Under the pieces are notes generated by a model that was not told the DNA's origin, did not search any database, and saw only the letters and a program-made list of their open reading frames with translations. A stretch of DNA of 64,000 nt from Eledone cirrhosa. Lineage: Eukaryota. Made by a program: the position numbers and the translations under genes. The stretch is from the NCBI GenBank assembly GCA_964016885.1, contig OZ024742.1, forward strand, positions 335,668,001-335,732,000, written 5' to 3'. Positions 58,844 through 64,000 of this stretch are shown here, piece by piece. Position 1 is the first letter of the stretch. Each line of letters begins with the position of its first letter.

Positions 58844-59670
58844 TCACTTCACTTCAGTCAAAAAGAACAATAAACAAGTTACCACGAGTTGCGAAGGTTG
58901 ACGATGTTATTTTGTTGTTGGTTCAAGAGGCTGGTGTAGTCTGCGACCAGGAGAGAGAGGGAGAGAGAGAGAGTGTGGTCTGTAGACCTCTGTGGCCTGA
59001 AGGTAGTGGTGAATCTTCCATATAGCTTGTAATAGCGTACTGCTCCGATCGCTCTGTCTAAATATGGAATGATACAGGCTTTATATACCTGTCGCTTTCT
59101 GTCTCCCACCTCGAGGGGATAGCCCGCGCATGAACCTGTCCACACCGAAGAGGATGGTGACCTAGAATTTGACTTTTAGGTGTCACCTAGGTTTCAAGGC
59201 GTGGGCAGATTTCGCTATAGATATACGATAGTGTCTTCATATTGTAGTAATAGCATGGTTTGAATGATTGTACCTTGCCTATGTGGGTTACACCCAGTAT
59301 TGTAGCGAAAGAAATGTTCCCGCGGTCCGCTCACTGACTTGGTCAATAAAAATCTACCTTTGACCACACCTAGAGAAAAACACATGAAGATGCTAGGTTT
59401 AACGACACCAAGGGAGGTTAAGATATCGGGAGGCCATAGATAATATAAATAGGCTGTCCTGAGCGGACAAAGAGAATTTTCTATCACCAAAAGAAAACGT
59501 TATCTACTCTTGTCACTGGACTATGACGACTACCTTACTGTTACAACTAACGAAGGATAGCTTGCCACTCTCTATTTCAGCATGACGAAATAACAGCAAA
59601 AACATCGCCAACCTTTATGATTTGTAGTAATCTTATTCTTTGTTCCTTTATTCACTGAAGTGAAGTAAAT
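58841..59670. mobile_element. ~830-bp element with diverged ~80-bp inverted termini
   Basis: ACTTCACTTCAGT..AAGGTTGACGATGTT versus AACATCGCCAACCTT..ACTGAAGTGAAGT. Confidence 0.45.
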
Positions 59671-61040
59671 ATTATATTTAAACGAAACCATCTATTTTGT
59701 GGTGTTATTTCACCTCTAACAACACTTACTAACTTTGCTTCGCTTCAGTATGATTTTGGGACTAACTGGCGCGTGGAACATAGGGACAGCTGGGGATTAT
59801 GTATAGTTCACTAGCTATGAATACATGGCATATATTCTTACACCGACTGGCTGTGGATGCGCTCCTAGCTGCACTCGGGGCGCCTGGGTCTGTCCGCCTC
59901 CTTGAGTACTTGGAAATAAATTAAATTGCCCTTTTTTACGGTAAACCGTAATTACTCGGAACTGTCGGTGGATCGTTGGGCTCTATATGTGGCGGGGTCG
60001 CCTTATTCGTGTGTTGTTATCCGCCATACCTTATTTCGAACATTTGTAGCGGATTCTTTTCAGGATGAATGATAAAAATAATAATGCCAGAATTGTGATG
60101 TGGACAATGTTTATTTTTACAAAAACAATATTCATTTGTTGGTACATCGAACATCGAATAATAAAATTGACAGAAATTATCCCTACATTAATTTGCTGGC
60201 TAGCTTCTTCGAGCTAGCGTAAATGCATGTATCACAGAAAACGATATAGTAAAAGTTTTGTTATATGTTACAGTAATACAATATGACAGGGAGATGGAAG
60301 AATAGATAAAGTGTAGCAGTAAACAAATGAAACTTACTATGTGTGTGTCTGTGTCTATTCTTAGTATACATTATTCCCGAAGTAGTGGTTAAATTGTCGG
60401 GCTGATATGAAATGTGAGAGCATAGTAAACAGGCTGGTTTTCGTGAAGAGATATTTCAGTGTTAGCAGAACTTTCTTCTCTTGTCTGTGTTATCACTATG
60501 TCTGCTCCCTCTCTCGAAGCCATTGTATATATAATAATGCTTTAGGTAGAAGGATGTGTATATGGCTTCATTTATGAGCAATCACGTGTGTTTCTTCTAT
60601 CTACAAACTGGGGTCACAGGTCAAGTGGTATGTACGTTTATCATACTTGTTTCTGACAGGACAATCGTGGTAAACTCCCAACAATAGGTGGTCCCAGAGG
60701 CGATAGCTCTTAGATTCGGTTTCGAATCTTCGCCAGGTAAAACATAGGCGAATTCTGTTACACATTGAACTATAAGTGGAACCCAAAGCGGATAGTAAAT
60801 TAGCTTAGCTTAACTAAACGGTAATTCACCGGCCAACTGTGCAAATTTTACTTGTTTAATTATACTTTAAACATTTTAAAAAACCCAGTTTTAATTTCCT
60901 ATCCCTAAAATTAACCCTAACTCTAGCTTCTAAACATTTTTAACCAAAATTTTTCTCTACTTGATATGCTTCTGCAACATCCCGTATGTTGTATACCTTC
61001 CATAAGTGTATAGAACTTTGCTTGACACAAGCAGCTATCA

Positions 61041-61452
61041 TTGGCAGTATTGGTAGAGGGTCGGACGCCATGCTTTCCAGCATAGTTACGTCCCTTTACG
61101 ATCTGAGTTCAAATCCCGCCGAGGTTGACTTTGCCTTTCATCCTTACGGGGTCGATAAAATAAAGTACCAGTAATGCACTGGGTAATTGCTGGCCTTGTG
61201 CTTAAAGTAGAAACAATTATCTGTATTATCAGGGTGGTAGATTGGCAGTATCGGTAGAGGATTGGACGCCATGTTTTGGAGCATAGAGTTACGGCCCTTT
61301 ATGATCTGAGTTCAAATCCTGCCGAGGATAACTTTGCCTTTCGTCCTTACGGGGTCGATAAAATAAAGTACCAGTCACGCACTGGGGTCGATTTAATCGA
61401 CTTTGCCCTCCCCCCAAAATTGCTGGCCTTGTGCCTATATAAGAAACCATTA
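61041..61452 (+). mobile_element. Two tandem tRNA-derived SINEs
   Basis: TGGCAGTAT(T/C)GGTAGAGG A box, GAGTTCAAATCC B box, shared body. Confidence 0.85.
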
Positions 61453-61999
61453 TCTGTAACACTATAATCTTCACCCCTCCTCCTTCTCTGGCCTGCTGTC
61501 CGAAGACTGCTAGAATTGGGAGGTAGTAATGATTCGCCTGACAAATTAGATATGCCCCTACCCGCTTAGCAAACTAGCAGGAAGATAACTTCCCTCAGAG
61601 AGTAGAGAGACAGTGTGGCAACACGCTGGCTTGTTCCTCTCTGAGTCAAAAACATTAACTGACATTTTTTCCTCTCTTTTTTCTGTGCTTGTTTCCTTAA
61701 AGTCTATAACATTCCGTTGGTGTGCATCTATTACACCTGAAGATGTCACCAGGTTCTTACGCAATCCGGTCACTGAAATGTGCATAGTGTTTGCAGAAAT
61801 AATAAATTAAGGAAATTTAACATATTTGGCCTGCTGTCATTTCACTTTATAATACATTTACTCCATTCACGCACCACCAACATGACCCAGCATCGAAGAT
61901 GGATGAGTTGCACAACGTCGAGTGCTTTTCTCGTATTACGTCATGATTAACATTGCAGAATGACCAATTCTATTCAGTGGTAAACCACCAAATTTAAAC

Positions 62000-62069
<70 letters not shown>

Positions 62070-62355
62070 TTAGGTTTGAGGGTTCACCACTGGATAGAGC
62101 TGGTCAATTCCGAGATAGCCTTAAGTAGACCGAATAGCCAGCACTTGAGGGCGACCGGCTAAAGTGGAAGATGCTAGATGGTCGGTCGTCCTCGGGTCTA
62201 TGATTTTCAGCCCCATGGATTTTATCTATTACATTCATTTATTATATTTCGAATACATGATATCACCGGATTCATACGGAACCCGGTCATTGAAATGATC
62301 ATAGTATAATAAACCTTTCAAGGATTTACACAAGTCCAGCCTCCTGTCATTTTAT

Positions 62356-62452
<97 letters not shown>

Positions 62453-62761
62453 ATATTTTTTTATTTGTTTGACCCGAATTACTTGGTCGTTTCTATGGTT
62501 GTGCGGATGACGGTTTAACCATCGTCTCAGTGTGTTTGGCCTTTAACGTATGTTGTAGCCCTGCTTCGTCAGAATTATTGAGCGCTTGCCACACATCTCG
62601 GAAGTTAGTTTTCGCTAATTCCGAAGCTGAAATACGATTCTCGCTAATTTATATTTATATATATATATATATGTATATATGCAGAGAGAGAGAGAGAGAG
62701 TTCCACAACAAATTAGAAAACCATACTCGAGGACGCGCCTTTCACAATTTTATATATATAC

Positions 62762-62940
62762 ACGAGGTTTGTCCCCTAAGTAAGGGTACGGATGTGATAT
62801 TTAAATGTATATTAGATGTACATGAAATTACATGTTTCCCTCCTTCAACATATGACTCTTGGGAAGACTCACGGTGCTTCCAGCGTTTTTTCTATTGATC
62901 ATAGCAGTACCGGAAGTTATTTTTGGAGAGTGTCCTTAAC
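62762..62940 (-). mobile_element. Mariner-like transposon 3' end
   Basis: TIR-like CACGAGGTTTGTCC next to TA; minus strand encodes FRYCYDQ*KKRWKH..SQESYVEG, resembling the mariner transposase C-terminus. Confidence 0.65.
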
Positions 62941-63044
62941 TTATCAGTTAAAATATTTGAAAAATATGCAACTGTTTTGTTAAAATTCTGTTTCTTCTAC
63001 AATTATCCCTGCATTTAATCGGCGTTCGCACCACTTCCACATTT

Positions 63045-64000
63045 GTTGTTAATAATTATTTTATTTATGGTGTATATCATGTGAATACAGTTTAATAGAA
63101 AAACAAAAACAAAAGAAAATTTAGATTGAGAAAAATGGAATCTAAAATAGGAAAATATAGAGAAAAAAAGAAAAAGAAAGAACAAACGGGAAGGGGGGAG
63201 AATGGCAAGAATGATGGGAGGATGATTGGGCTCTGGGCCTAGGGCGCAGGGGCTGCCCTCTGTGGACAAGACCGCAAAAGTATTCTCACGGACAATGGCC
63301 AGCGACACCTGCTGCAACAACCACCTCACCTCCCGGGGTTCCTTTCTCAGAAGGGCCGCTGACATTCCAATCTTGCAGAGGAAGTCGACTGTATGGGGTC
63401 CAAGTACGCCTGAGGTTTCGACGGCGATTGGTGCGAAGAGGAAGTGGCCGGACAGTCCCTGGTATTTGTTTATTTTTCCGTTCCTCTGCAAGGCAGGCCG
63501 CGGTACCGGGGTTTGTGGCCGAAGCGACTAAGCTGGAGGCGGAGAACGTGTCGCAACAGGTGACGTTCTAGATGAGGGATCTAACTCCTTCGAATGGGAA
63601 GAGAGTGGTTGCATCTCCGCGGTCAGGGCCTGCTGGCTCAAGTTGTGATGGAAAGCCAGCTGCGTACAGGCTCCTTCTAAGTATGTTGTTGCGAGCAGTG
63701 TGTCGGGGAAACCGACATGTGCTCTGGTGGCAAGACAGAGGGTGTAGGTAGAACTTGTCAACAACCACCCCGCAATGGCATTTATGTAGTACACACACGT
63801 GGAGGCCCAGTTGCTGAGCCCCTCAGATTCGAGTGCACTCATCATCAAGAAGGTTGATGAGGAGGACACCGAATTGAGTCACGCGCTGCTGTTTGACTGA
63901 GAGGCAGAGCGGAGTCAGGCGGTGTTGGTCCAGGCCAGACTTGATCCGCCTGAGAGAAGACCTGCATTTGATGTCGTCCCAGTTACGTTAGACCGTAGTA
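63045..64000 (-). mobile_element. CRE-like non-LTR retrotransposon 3' part (zinc knuckle + restriction-like endonuclease)
   Basis: CHCG..HPLSC..RH..NNILRRSL..LEP.G; KYQGL..FAPIAVETSGVLGP..QQVSLAIVR; A-rich tail. Confidence 0.85.

Noticed and set aside
59767-59787. TGGCGCGTGGAACATAGGGAC resembling a tRNA-Lys primer-binding site
   Set aside because: Several mismatches/indels, and no LTR pair or gag/pol sequence nearby
61558-61810. Short ORFs in non-repetitive-looking DNA
   Set aside because: No recognisable motif; partly overlaps a locally repeated segment (62276-62352)

Overview
Repeat-saturated, AT-rich animal genomic DNA. The (TA)n/(CA)n density and the SINE families suggest an octopus-like cephalopod; this is inference. 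No complete host gene is visible. Bases 1-13447 are a C/A-rich satellite (units of 25+6n bp) with kb-scale higher-order duplications. The remainder is a nest of retroelements, many inserted into (TA)n microsatellites: at least six Penelope-like element (PLE) copies with RT and/or GIY-YIG coding sequence (one nearly intact, with 553-bp pseudo-LTRs), RTE, CR1-like, R4/Dong-like and CRE-like LINE remnants, tRNA-derived SINEs, a MITE and a mariner end. The main unannotated signal is about 16 minimal type I hammerhead ribozyme (HHR) motifs from about 9 unrelated sequence families. They include recurrent core variants (CCGAAGA = U4C; TTGAAAA = compensatory U3-A8; U.U at the stem II closing pair). 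Most sit in small fold-back (hairpin) insertions with one shared asymmetric architecture. All ribozyme folds were read by eye and need computational and biochemical confirmation.
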